Shown here: positions 1-12,101 of the stretch, in pieces | How positions within the stretch are numbered: position 1 is the stretch's first letter | How the letters are laid out: each line of letters begins with the position of its first letter | Assembly: GCA_965285935.1 (NCBI GenBank) | Contig: OZ260662.1 | Location: 77,252,001-77,316,000, forward strand | Origin: Ophelia neglecta | Lineage: Eukaryota | Direction of reading: 5' to 3' | DNA length: 64,000 nucleotides | Program-made: the position numbers and the translations under genes | Notes under the pieces: model-generated | Told to the model about the DNA's origin: nothing | The model's input: only the letters and a program-made list of their open reading frames with translations | The model's database searches: none

Positions 1-3000
1 GGATATTGCTGAAATATCTACAGTCTGTGGCCTCATCAAAGCTGGACAAACCCCAGTGGGGTGAGGGTTAGCCTTTGAGGCCTGACCCCTAATTCTAAAC
101 ACAACAGATTTAAAGCTCTTTCCCCCTTAAACTTGACCCTGTCTATCCTGTCCCAGGTGCTTGGCTGGCTGGCTACAATTGCCAATCATACAACAATCAC
201 ACGGTATGGCTCTCTGTCAATGACTAGCTCCACTTGTCCATAAACAAATCTGTGATTCACATTTAATGAAGATTGGTGGACCAGTTTAAAATTCAGATAA
301 AAGACATATGCTCTCTGCAGATGTTGGACAAAACTGCAATGAGCTAGTAAAGGGACCCATCAAAGTGTGCTGTACATGTGTGAGGAGGGCTTTTGGTGGC
401 CACTTCGGAAACATTAAAGGGCCAGGTATCAAGTGGAGATGCCATATCACGAACCATATAGGTGTTCAAGAGTCATTTACAGCGGTCGGGAGGTAAAGCT
501 AAGTAAATGAGCCTTGCAACATAACATTAAAGAATGGTGTGTGTAGTAAATTGCTTTTAGCACAGGTATCAAAGAATTCCACCCGCTATAGCACACTTCT
601 GTATACCAGACACAAAATCAACAAATACCAATCACCAGCTCATTACTAACTCTTTGTTGATCTGTAAAGAAGGTTTTGCCTTGGTCAGTTAACATGGCAT
701 GATAACATAGGGTGACTGTAAAACCTACCTCCGTAGATGTAAATGATTCTTTGAATTCTCTGTTGTACTGGGTTAGTAGCCCTGTGACAACCACTTCCCT
801 CCCGGCCACGGCCACCATACACTGCCCTGTCGTACATCTTGTTTCAGCTTACTTCTCCAAATGCAATTTATCCAGATAAATTCATCAGATATAATATAAC
901 AGAGTTCTGAGTAATTGTCAACCAGATAAGGAACCTTCAGCCATTAACACTTCCATTGCTGCCTTCACATAAACTTGGTATCCTCAGAACTGACTCCTCC
1001 ATCACATACATGTACATGAATATCAGAAACCACACTAGTCCATCTCACCATGGTAAAAACCCTGTGTGATTCCCCCACAATGTTCCTGTGACTGCTGGTG
1101 ACATATAGTATTTACAGTGTACTTGTAATCCACACACAAACAAGCCCTGACTCCAGGTAGCCTAGAGCTTACATTGGACGGCCACTATCACCACAACATG
1201 GGGGTATGTCTATCAGCCAGGCATGCTTTACTTACACCCTTTGGAGACAATTCAACCACATGCTATGATAAAAACTGCTGCATTCCTCTGTCAATAACTA
1301 TTACAAGTTGAGTATCCCACCACAGATTTAACATTGAGTACTCCAGGGGGGTTGAGGTAGGTATTGACACACCTCCCTTCTCAGATCTCCACACTACACT
1401 GACACTCACTGACAGTCCTGCGTGGTGGGCTAGCTGTGTGTTTGGCCAAGCCCTCCTCTCTCAGTCTACTATTGACGTCTGCTGACAAAGCTGCCTGATT
1501 ACTGCTCTCTTACCCTGCTTACTTTTCTCCCATTACACACTACACGCCTTCTGGTCATCAAACTGTGGAGGGGTTCTACTGCCATGCACCAACTCTTTCA
1601 ATTATGCTAATTTCATTGGCGTGGGTCTGTCAGATGAAAGGTCCCGCCGCTCACTGCGGTGATTCCAGACTCCTAGAACAGCCATATGTAAGCCATTTCA
1701 AAGGCCCCTTCCCTTTGTTCTAGGATAAGTGTGCAGTGTCTCCTTTCATCTCCGGCGGCAGACGCCAACCAATTTCTTCTAGGATGTAGCAAATTAAAAC
1801 ACTTCACACGCTGGCCAGCAGGCAAAGCGCATATAATATCAAGTGCATGGTGTTTAAGTCATTACTGTGGGACACAGTCGGCTGCACAGCACACCCCTAG
1901 CTAACCCCATGGAGGCTCCAGACGCTGGCGCTGCCCTCTCATCCCAGCTCACATTTCTAGGATCACTTGGCTCTTATCTGTTAACCTTCACTGGTCTGTC
2001 ACCATACACAGCAAGGTTATCCTTCTACACTCCTAATAACTGCCCTAAAGTTAAATCCCACAAATAGGCAAAAAGAGGCAAATTCCAGTCAATTGACATG
2101 AAAGTCTCCAAGCTTTGCAGTATGAATCTTCAAAGCTATGTATGACCTGCTAAGTGCTGAGTAATGGTATCCTTTGGGCAGAATTTAAGAGCCCACTAGA
2201 GGCATATTAAAGTCAGGCCTTACTGAAATTCTTGAACACAATTACAGCCTGTCTTATGAAAAAATCAGTGCTACAATAAATCTTTGGCCTGTCACAGTAA
2301 CTGTTCCCTTCACTCATCTATGGAAATGTGATGGTTGTAGCTGGAGGTTTCACTGCCAGCTTGATGGAAGGGTACGTACAACTTTTTACAAATTGTGATG
2401 GACATGAAAAAAAAGATATCCTGGTCAAGTGAGAGCAGCGGGCTGCCAGCTGAGTGGGAGTAGAAATGTGTGGGGTCAACTTGTACTAATGACAGGCAGC
2501 TCACATTCTAGAACCCACTTTATACCACCATTACTAACACAAAACAGTGCCAACTGCTGATAGAATTTAATGCCAATGTGATGGCTTACTAGCCGATAAT
2601 TCACCAGTAAATTTGCCATTCAAACAGAACATTATGACATTTATCACATGCACATAACTTGTGTTGTCACGGATGTTTTGCCAACAACAGCCTTGTGCCA
2701 AGAAACAACTGGGGTCTTCAGCACACCGGCAATTTTGTGTAGTTTCAGGAGAATTTACCATCAGTACAACTGTGGTAGTTTTTGTCAAAGGGAATGGTAA
2801 AAAGAGAATATCATATTTGGCTCAGCGCACACAATCAGTGAGAGTATTTAACCTGCCGAGTGCTGGGTTGGCAAGCACCAGCTGTATAAGGGTGGATTGT
2901 CTGAACACACGCTATCACCAAGCAGGCATGCAATCAACCGCAATCCATTATCAGCTTTAATTCATCTTCACACAACTTCAAACAGACACCCGTGATGGCT

Positions 3001-3121
3001 GCCTTTAATTTCCGAAGTCCACGTGATAATGAGGACTCCAGTTATGGTAATCTTTTGATTGTTTTGATAGGTCAATCACATCGGTGGACATCGCAGGCTT
3101 GCTCCGGATGTGTCTGTCGAT

Positions 3122-3160
3122 GGAGGTCGATGAACAGTAGACGGAGGTCGGTGAACAGTG
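3122..3160. repeat. Two-copy 21-bp tandem repeat
   Basis: ggaggtcgatgaacagtagac (3122-3142) followed by ggaggtcggtgaacagtg (3143-3160). Confidence 0.8.
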
Positions 3161-4410
3161 GTGTAGGGTTTGCCAGCCCTGTTTCCCTTCATGTACCGCC
3201 CTTACCAGCGTGGTGTCGTCACACACAAGTCCTACACAGCGGGGTGCTGTCCAACCCAAACAGAAGCTGGCTGATTGACCACATGACAAACACTCCACAC
3301 CTTTCAGGGACACAGAAAAGTCCCTTCAGGTGATCACACTCCCTCCCTAATTTCAGTCTAGTACCAGTAACATAGCCTCAGATATTGTCATTACAATATC
3401 TGAGACATTGTCTCCTTTGTGATCAGTACCAGCCGTGACCTAGCTCATGCTGGCTGGTACATGGTGACCATACTCAGTATTACCATAAGACCCTTCATCT
3501 TCACCTTGACTGAGAGACCAAATTCTGCTTCATTGACTGTATTGACAAAAGCAGAGCACATATTGCCTAAAGTAACCAGAGATTATTCCACTTACATGCA
3601 ATTTCAAGATTACTGAAGATATATTAAAGGTAGGGAGGTAACTTCTACTGGCTTATTTTTAATAACACCAGCATACCAGCATGATAATAATAATTGAAAG
3701 AGTACAGGTATATAATGGTGATTTAGGAGGAGATTTAAATCAGAGAAGCGATGTTATCAGGTGCCCTCCGTCAGCCGTCAGCCGACAGTAACCAGAGTAT
3801 GACCAGGATGTCAGTGTGACAGCATGCCTGACCAAAAAACTACATTTAATTCAGCCTCCCGTCAGCATCACTATTATAAGGTAAGGCTCAGAGCTAGACA
3901 AATAGGGTAATATTTTAAGAATTTATTATTCTTTTGACAAAAGAACAGACTTCATTACCAAACGGGTAGACTAATCAATCAAAATTACTTCAAATCTCAT
4001 GCCTACTGTATTTCTGCTTCAAGTATTTACTTACAATGGGTCATTTATAAATTACTTATGGACCAAACAGAGGGGAAAATGGTTGATCATCCAGGTGGAG
4101 TTAACAAATTGGCCTCTAAACCCCCATTAAAACTGCACAGTGTGAACTAACTTCACACTCCAAACAAAACACTGCAAATTACAAACAATAATTATTCCAT
4201 TTCAGTGAATTAGTATCAGAGAAAGTAAAAGTAATTATAATTTAAAATATTCTAAATCATTTAGTAGCTTAGAAGCTAGGCACTGGTGCATGACACACAC
4301 TAAGCATCTTCAGAAATTTCCCCTAATGATTAAACTACCAGGAAAAACTCCACAGGGTGACTTTCATTATCATTACAATCTGTTAATTAATTAATTGGGC
4401 CTGAACTTAC

Positions 4411-4466
4411 CTTTGGTCTTCTCTGAAGGATGAGAGTCACACTTGACGGAATCTCGTAACTTTTTA
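4411..4466 (-). CDS. Candidate 56-nt internal exon of an unidentified gene
   Basis: Minus strand: branch-like ACTAAC, then ttatctggttattgcttattcatAG|TAAAAAG...ACCAAAG|GTAAGT (consensus donor). Two open frames: (x)KSYEIPSSVTLILQRRPK or KKLRDSVKCDSHPSEKTK. Confidence 0.4.
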
Positions 4467-5325
4467 CTATGAATAAGCAATAACCAGATAAGTTAGTCTG
4501 TGCTGGCTTCAAAAGCATTCTGTGCTTCTTCAATGTCCAACCATTTTATACTTAAACTACTGCAGTGTTTATTTCACCAATATTTGACAGATGACATATC
4601 ACACTTCATCAAGTGTGAGGAAATCCCTGTTAGTTCCTAATTGCTATCAAACATATCTGTAAGCCAAATTTAAATTACAAAACATAGCACTAAGACTGGG
4701 CTCAGGCATACGACAGTTTAAATATACAAGACAGTGATTCATCTGAAGGGTTTTTTTCAGACCACAGCAGGACTACATAGATGACTTTATCATCCACCCA
4801 CTGTACTGCAGAATAAGGTCAAAGAACTATGCTTGATTCTCAATGAGAGAGGAAACAATTATATTATTTATTTCATAATTTACATGTATAAAGTCTATGA
4901 GTATTTAGTTTCCTCTTTGGTTCAGTGGTTACCTTAAATAAAGGTACACCATAAAATCAGTCTAGGTGCTTTGTGAACCGCGAAATGATTAAATTCTCAT
5001 CTGATACTTCTTGATGTTTACAAGATGTCCAATATTTTCATTAGTAGCAGCATGAGACTGTTTAAGAGGTCCCTGACTGGGACCTTCAACATTAGCATTT
5101 GACTTTAAACTGCTGAAATACTTTCTAACTAACTATTTCCATCACACACATCCTATACAAGCCACACAAACTGTACCTCCTACCCGATTGTACCTGGAAC
5201 TTGGCAGCCCTACTTCAGTATTAATTGTCATTTCTAAGTATAGTAGATATGTATATATACATGGTAATACAGTAAGATCAAGTAAAATAAATCTATAAGT
5301 ATTGGGTCCGTATTGCTATACATAC

Positions 5326-5394
5326 TTTGTCTACTTAGATATCCAAAGGCTAATTCTGTCTCCTCATCTGAAGGCTCTAAGCTCCAGTCATCTG
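5326..5394 (-). CDS. Candidate 69-nt symmetric (phase 1-1) exon
   Basis: Minus strand: gttattttcAG|CAGATGAC...AGACAAA|GTATGT; reads (x)DDWSLEPSDEETELAFGYLSRQ; tandem NAGNAG acceptor. Confidence 0.25.
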
Positions 5395-8300
5395 CTGAAA
5401 ATAACTTCATGATAAACACTCCAGGTATCCTCGCCGTGTTTGAAACATACCAACCAGACATTAAAAACTCTGAAAATGTCTCCAGAACACTGCTGGCAGT
5501 TCTCTCTCGTCAGCATTAAAATCAAAAGATCGAAGAAATCTCTCATTGAAGTTGTAATTCAAACTAAGAAGCCAGTAAGTGGCCTTATTCAGACTGCAGC
5601 TTTCCCACAGTACAGGTTCTAACCTGTATACCCAATGCTAGCCAAGGAGCTTTTGAAGCAAGTCATAACTAAGCACTCCATAAGTGCCTACTGAACATAC
5701 CGGTGCTGGATCACTAATTATCAAAGGGAAATGTGCTTAACTTAACAAACATGTTAATATTAAATATAGATGATGGCATATTATCATCAGAGAATATTAA
5801 TGTTAATATATAAGAGGTATTCATTAAAATCATTTCAGGATTGCCTGGTTGTAAAAACAACTAATTTTTCAATTTTTTACAACTTAATCCAGGTTTAAAG
5901 GTAATTGAATGGCGCTGATTTGGATGTATGCCCGACAGATAATTGGGAATCGATCAACTGAATAATAATATAATTTGTTGTTGTTATTATCCCTATATGA
6001 ATATCACAAGTTTAGGGTAAACATAGTGACATGTCCTGGTCTATTAGGGTCAGATTAACTCTTTTGCTGCGACAAACTCAGTGAACCATAAGTATGTTTG
6101 CCAGGTTACTTTGACAGAACAATCAATGACTATTTTTGTTTCTATTAACTGCCACTGTAAGGCATCATTTTTTATTAATTATTTTATACCACACTAGCTG
6201 CTAATATTACAGTCCAAAGAAAACCAACCTATATAGATAAAACAACAAACAGGACAGGTCTATAGAGATATGATACCTGCAATGGGATCTATCTGAGCAG
6301 GGCATTGGCAGGGAAAGGTTATAACCAACAATGTCCTCAATATCAACTATTATACTTAAGAAAACTTTTAATAGGATTATCATACAATATAAACTTAAAA
6401 GAGAACTTTTCCATGAACAGTGTCCAACAGTCTACTGTAAATGGATAATGGGGTAGTTTTTGTAACACCAGTTTGGTGCGTGTGTCTTGGGTTTGGGTGA
6501 CTTCTGGCTTATCACAGTTAATTCTTTATTGCTTAATTTAATACCATTACATTAGTTAAGTCCCTTTCTTTGATCATAATTATGATAATTCACTACCCAT
6601 ACAGAATTTCTGAATCAGGTTTTTTTTTGTATCTTGCCTACAGATTGAAAGGTTTCCAGGACGTGTCTTGGCCAGAGCAAACTTTCATTGGCAAAAGTTA
6701 CGAATTTTAACCATATTTTCTCTCTTAATTTATTTTTCCAATTAAGCCAACAGAAGCTTTCTCTTATCCTACTTCCCTGTTTTCATTAAAATTGATTTGG
6801 ATGGCTTCCAATGAGTGGTCATGACATGTTTTGCCAAAAAATGAAGATGGTTCAGAGGAGTGTAAAAAGTATTCATATATAAAAATGGCTATCTATTTCA
6901 GACAGCTTTTATTTCTAGCTCTATCTCAAAGGTTAACTGATTACTAGTAAGTTGTTTAAGGAAGAGGACAAGTGGGTGGGGGAAGGGAGTAGGAGGGTTC
7001 AGGGGGCTTACATAAATATAAATGCCTTTGAGTATTATAATAGGATGCTATAATATATCTCCATATAAATTAATGCAATTTTTGCATTGTTCCTTTTTTT
7101 TGCAATGTGCTTTTCATCGTGTCTTCAAAGAAACTGCTAACTGCTTTAAACTATTCAGTACAAAAGTCTTCTATGACACCAGCCATCAGCCACAGAACAG
7201 ATAGTGTTACCTAAGATAAGAGTAATCACCTTAAATACTTAACTAACACTTTGTAAGGATGGTAGAATCTCAACATAGAATATGCTTATTTTCCCCTTCC
7301 ACTTGGCCCTACTTGCCTACTAACAAGCCCACCCATCTTGTTTTGCTGGAAAAATAAAGTTGATACCATCACAGTCAATTTGGGTAAAGGTCCCTTTAGC
7401 AATGATCTAGCCAGGAGCATACCATTTGCAGGGTGTTAATAGTGTTAATGGAATATTAAAGGTAGATCTAACAAGGCAGAGTCCAGACTGTAGACAGCCA
7501 CATGTAGTCTTCACACAAATGGAAAGCCGGCCATCAGGCGTGAAATTACTTAGGAATGATGGTTTGCTAGGGTTATACAAAGACCCCAAATATACCATAC
7601 TAAATGACACTATGATTTAAGACTAGCCATTGGAATTTAAATTAAATCTGTACATTGTGAGATAAAGGAAACTTTCATCCTCACTGGTCTATGCATTATA
7701 AAAAGGCTTTTGATATAATGTTTATGACTACCATTCTGACCATTGTTATCCAAATTGGCTGCTACTTTCAAAGAAGTTGACTTCTGATGTGGTTAGCTTT
7801 CTCCTCCCTCTGATGTACAATAATTACAGGGCACAGAACAGGCTGTAGTCATTTTGTATTGGGATGTCTGCTGAGGTGATGGTAATCAAATGGCACAAGA
7901 TGGGCCCAAAATAGGAGGTTATTGAATCATGTATGGGTGATTAACAACAGATCCACTCCCTTGTGTTTTTTAGGTGGACACACAGTGTTAAAATATTTAC
8001 ACCTCCTTCTCAATGACAGCCAATTATAGTGAATTGAGTAAGAGAAGGGGATGGGGCTATGTTACAGTTCAATGACGTGGCCAGACACTGATAGGCCATA
8101 ACAAATGAACAAAGTCTATGAATAATCTGCCATTATCACACACTCACACCCCACCTTTATTACAGGCACAATTTATCAGCATTACAGACACAACACAACA
8201 GTATAAAACACCATGTTTAAGTCACAAGGGCAAATTCACCAATTTCAATACAACAGTAGCTACAAGCATATTATATACATTGAAAACTGATGTCGCCTTT

Positions 8301-8837
8301 GTAAATGGAAGTGACAAGTTAACTGAATGGAGGCTAGTCACAGTGCATCTTTCAGGAAAAGACCAAAGATGTCTCACCTTTTCGCACTCCATTACCAAAG
8401 ATACATTTATTAATTCCTAAATATAAACTAACCGAAGGCTGTTTTAACCTTCAGCGGTACCTGACAATCAGCTGGTTAATGGTCTCAAAATAAAACTTTT
8501 ATATGGGGAGTAAAGATCATTCTGCCCCCCTAGAACACCTGTCCCTGTCAATGAGACTCCTGCACACCTATGATACTTGAGGAGATCAGTCTGGAGGTTA
8601 AGCTAGCGTGCAGGCAAAACAAGTCACTGGAGATGTTTTCTTTACCTCTACACTGAAATCTCATTATAGTCACCTAGGTCATAATCATATTGAAACATAT
8701 GTACTTTTATAAAATTGTAACTCAATGATCATCAAAAGAATTTTGATCATTGAAATGAAAAGCACCATAACTTATTAAAGGGCATGATTAATTATAGACA
8801 CAGTTGGTTTATTTATTCAGCTGAAAGCTGAAAGAAT

Positions 8838-8870
8838 CCCCCTCCCCCCCCCCCACACACACACACACAC
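8838..8870. repeat. Poly-C followed by (CA)n microsatellite
   Basis: Interrupted C run at 8838-8854, then (CA)n to 8870. Confidence 0.9.
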
Positions 8871-10042
8871 TCTGATATCCTCTATCCTCGTGCAGTTTTT
8901 AATTTGATGTAGTGTTTACAGGTAGTACATAAAGGCCACCACACTTGTCACAGAAATAAACTTTGTGCAAAAATGAAGCACCACTTGATAAGATATCCAT
9001 CTTTTTATGAGCGCCTGTATCTGGATAGTGCTAAGGAAACTGGAGGCATACTTGGTATACCTTCGAGTTATTCTACATTTTAATGTATGGAGGTAGAATC
9101 AACAGAGGAGAAACTCAAAGAGAGTTTTAAGCAGATTTTTAAGTATCTTGATGGCTAGTTTAACCTGGTGTTAGCTGAGCCACAAGCTATCTAGTTATTA
9201 AAGCCTCCTTATATATTTAATGATGATGGATTACAAGAGCAAAAATCAGTTGACAAGAGATGCTTGGTAAACCAATGTTCCTTTATTTGAAAAAAAGATT
9301 TCAAACTTGCCAATGCTCACTGCAAAAGCAGGCCTCCATCTGCCACAAGCTGAATGATGGAACTATTAGTCAAAGGCAGAGTTATTAAGATTTTTAATCA
9401 GCTGTTTTATCCCACAGTGAATACAAGTTTGGTAAATTGAAGGGTGTGGCTGGTTTTGGGAAGTCATTCAAAACAGAGATCAACAGATAATTTTGCCTAC
9501 TGTGAATGCCACCCCCTTGAATCCAGATAGTGCCAGACAGCCTGGCTGTAAATTCAACATGGAGTTATTCATTCTATATCTGTTTATATTTGCTGAGGAA
9601 AAAGCAACTATATAAACAGAGAGAATTTTGTATTTTTTTTCTATTGAAGAAGAGATATGATCAGCAGTGGGATGGTTGTGATTACCAAGCTAAAGCACGC
9701 GCAGAGAATTCTGTTAGAAACCAAAAGCTATTATGTTATGGATAAATACCAGGGTTAGCACACAAAACACTTTTTATCATGAGTTTTGTTTCTAGGCCCA
9801 AAATAATTCTAAAATTGGTCCTGAGGACAAATTGTTGCTGACATGTTTCAAGTTAACTTTATCACATGAAACAGAAGCCAGAAAATTACCTAATGAATTT
9901 CCTTATCATAAAATTATATATTAGAGATCCATAGTTTTTTTTAAGCTGACAATTGAGTTTTTCATAAGACTTAGTGTAGTGTATACTTGTGTGTAGAGAA
10001 GTACAGTATGTCACTGACAGGGGTCAGCTGATGGGTGATCTG

Positions 10043-10058
10043 AGGTCAGGAGAGGTCA
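10043..10058 (+). promoter_or_regulatory. Perfect DR4 nuclear-receptor-type element AGGTCA-ggag-AGGTCA
   Basis: Exact sequence match; an extra half-site GGGTCA lies at 10021. Function not shown. Confidence 0.3.
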
Positions 10059-11752
10059 GGTGAGATGAAGAGAGCAATCTCTAATTGACAAGCCTTTCAT
10101 TAATGAGTCATTATATACATACTTACATAGAGATTCAGACCACTCACCTACCAGCCTGTATCTGTCAACACAGTACAATTACCTTGCCTGATCTTTAGCC
10201 AAATAAATGTCAAGTGGTTCATTAAAACAATATATATATATACATAACAGTCTGACAAGCAGCTCTCCACATATAAAAATCTTGCCTCAGGTCATCAACA
10301 GTTGTCCTTGGCAGGTCAACAGCGATATTTGATGCTAATAATCAACACAAGGGGGCCAAAGCGTATCATGGCCTAGACAGACGCAGTCACCATGAGAAGT
10401 AAATTGGCACCATTAGTGGCTACTCAACAAGAGTGAAGAAAAGTGGTTCACATAACCTGGTTGAAATTGTATTATTGTGGGCCAGCCTAAAACATACTGT
10501 TAGTTAATGTCTGTCTGAACCTTGAGTGATAGGACCGACATTCTCCTTTCTACAGAGACATGAATAAACCAACTTTCACCCAGACATGAGAGTCAGGGAG
10601 CAGGAGTTGGTAGATCCCAGGTACAGTTTTATGAAGAGCGATGGAGGAAGTCATTTTTTTCCCACTCAAATTAGTCAGCTATCTGTTGTTACAACATGTT
10701 ACTGGGTAGTGGTTTTCTTGACTCCAATGCATCCACCAGACTTCTCATGTGCAACAATGTATCAAGAGTTTTATTGTTCCAAGGGAAAGCATGAAATAAA
10801 AAGGTTTTCCGAGGAGTTCTTACAATAAACAGGTAATTTAACCCTCTTGAGACTGAAAATATACAATAAACCAGCTCAAAACAGTATTTCTTACAAGGTT
10901 GAAAGACAGGAGCTTATCATGTTGATAATTGTGAAGGTCCAGATAGGATGAGTTCTGGTTCTAATGACTTGAGAAGCATTCCACAAACGTCTATACACTT
11001 ACACCCTGTACTGTTAGACCGCAGGCCATACTGCTCTCCACGTGCCAGCCATCTCTCAAAGACAAGTCATCTCTGGGGAAATTGGCCAGTGCAGGTTGAT
11101 AATGAGTGCCACATGCACTAGCATGGTATTATGTATGAGATATGCCCGAGGTCTTGGTGGAAGGCCTGGTGGAGGCCCGGGTTTGTCCATGCCCTGTGTA
11201 GGGAGCCCTCCCAGGGAAAGCCAATGCCATACCCCTGGGACAAACAACAGACTCATTACAGGGTGGGGCCAGCATTGGAACTCTCCTGGAATTTCCCTGA
11301 ACTACTAGTAGTCTTTAACTTGGGTTACCAAAGTTCACAGCTGTCTCATCACATCTCATCATCTGACCCATGTTTTCTTCCCCCAGCACTCCAATTTATT
11401 AATCAGTCACATTTGAAAGAATGCCAAATAGTCTATCTATTTCTTACTACATACAAGCCTCAAGCTGCGTTAAAGATAAAATATTTCAATATGACATGCC
11501 ACACTACTTGGAAACACAGACTTGGCACAGGAAGAAAATTAGGAACACCACCACACTGACATTATAAACATTTCTGAAGTATTAAAGGTATCCATAGGTT
11601 AATGTATGTTTTAATAGATTATTATCTGAATCGCTGAAATTGCAATTTGCAATGGTAAGATTAGGCGTGCGAGTGGATCTTCTTTAGAGACTTTTTGCTT
11701 GTTATAACAACTTAAACAGACATAATAACACATATAACACAAAGTGACTTAC

Positions 11753-12101
11753 ATCCTGAGGGTGGTTTATAGAGGACCCTGTTGTTTCCCTCTGAAAGGC
11801 CCTCGGACAGGCCCTCCAAGGGTGGTTTATAGAGGACCCTGTCGTAACCTCCCTCCGCCAGGTTTTCCATGGGTGGTTCAAAGGGGACCCTGTCATATCC
11901 CTCTGCCAGGCCCTCCGAGGGTGGTTTACAGGGGACCCTGTCACATCCCTCTACCAGGCCTTCTGAGGTTGCCTTACTGGGACCTCTGTCATGTCCCTCT
12001 GCCAGGCCCTCGGAAGGTGGTTTATAAGGAACCCTGTCATATCCCTCAGCCAGGCTCTCTGTACAGCTCTGAACTCGGTGGCAATACATAGTGGACGACA
12101 T
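11753..12101 (-). CDS. Possible repeat-encoded exon (16-aa repeats GLAEGYDRVPYKPPSE) ending at a phase-1 donor
   Basis: ORF 12101-11712 crosses the whole array; GAT|GTAAGT donor at 11752 directly after the last unit; the ATG is preceded by in-frame stops. Other frames are also open, so coding status is unproven. Confidence 0.22.
11755..12058. repeat. Minisatellite, ~6 copies of a 48-bp unit
   Basis: Anchor gagggtggttt and its variants at 11758, 11818, 11869, 11917, 11965 and 12013 (spacings 60, 51, 48, 48, 48). Confidence 0.92.

Noticed and set aside
4645-4658. 14-nt match to miR-190 (minus strand AGATATGTTTGATA)
   Set aside because: The 3' part diverges and there is no pre-miRNA hairpin; a match this long is plausible by chance in AT-rich DNA.
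8378-8416. 39-nt symmetric exon candidate (tAG|GAATT...AAAAG|GTGAGA)
   Set aside because: Weak pyrimidine tract; indistinguishable from background pseudo-exons.
11755-12058. CRISPR-like repeat spacing
   Set aside because: Units are contiguous and homologous along their length, with no unique spacers; eukaryotic context and no cas genes.
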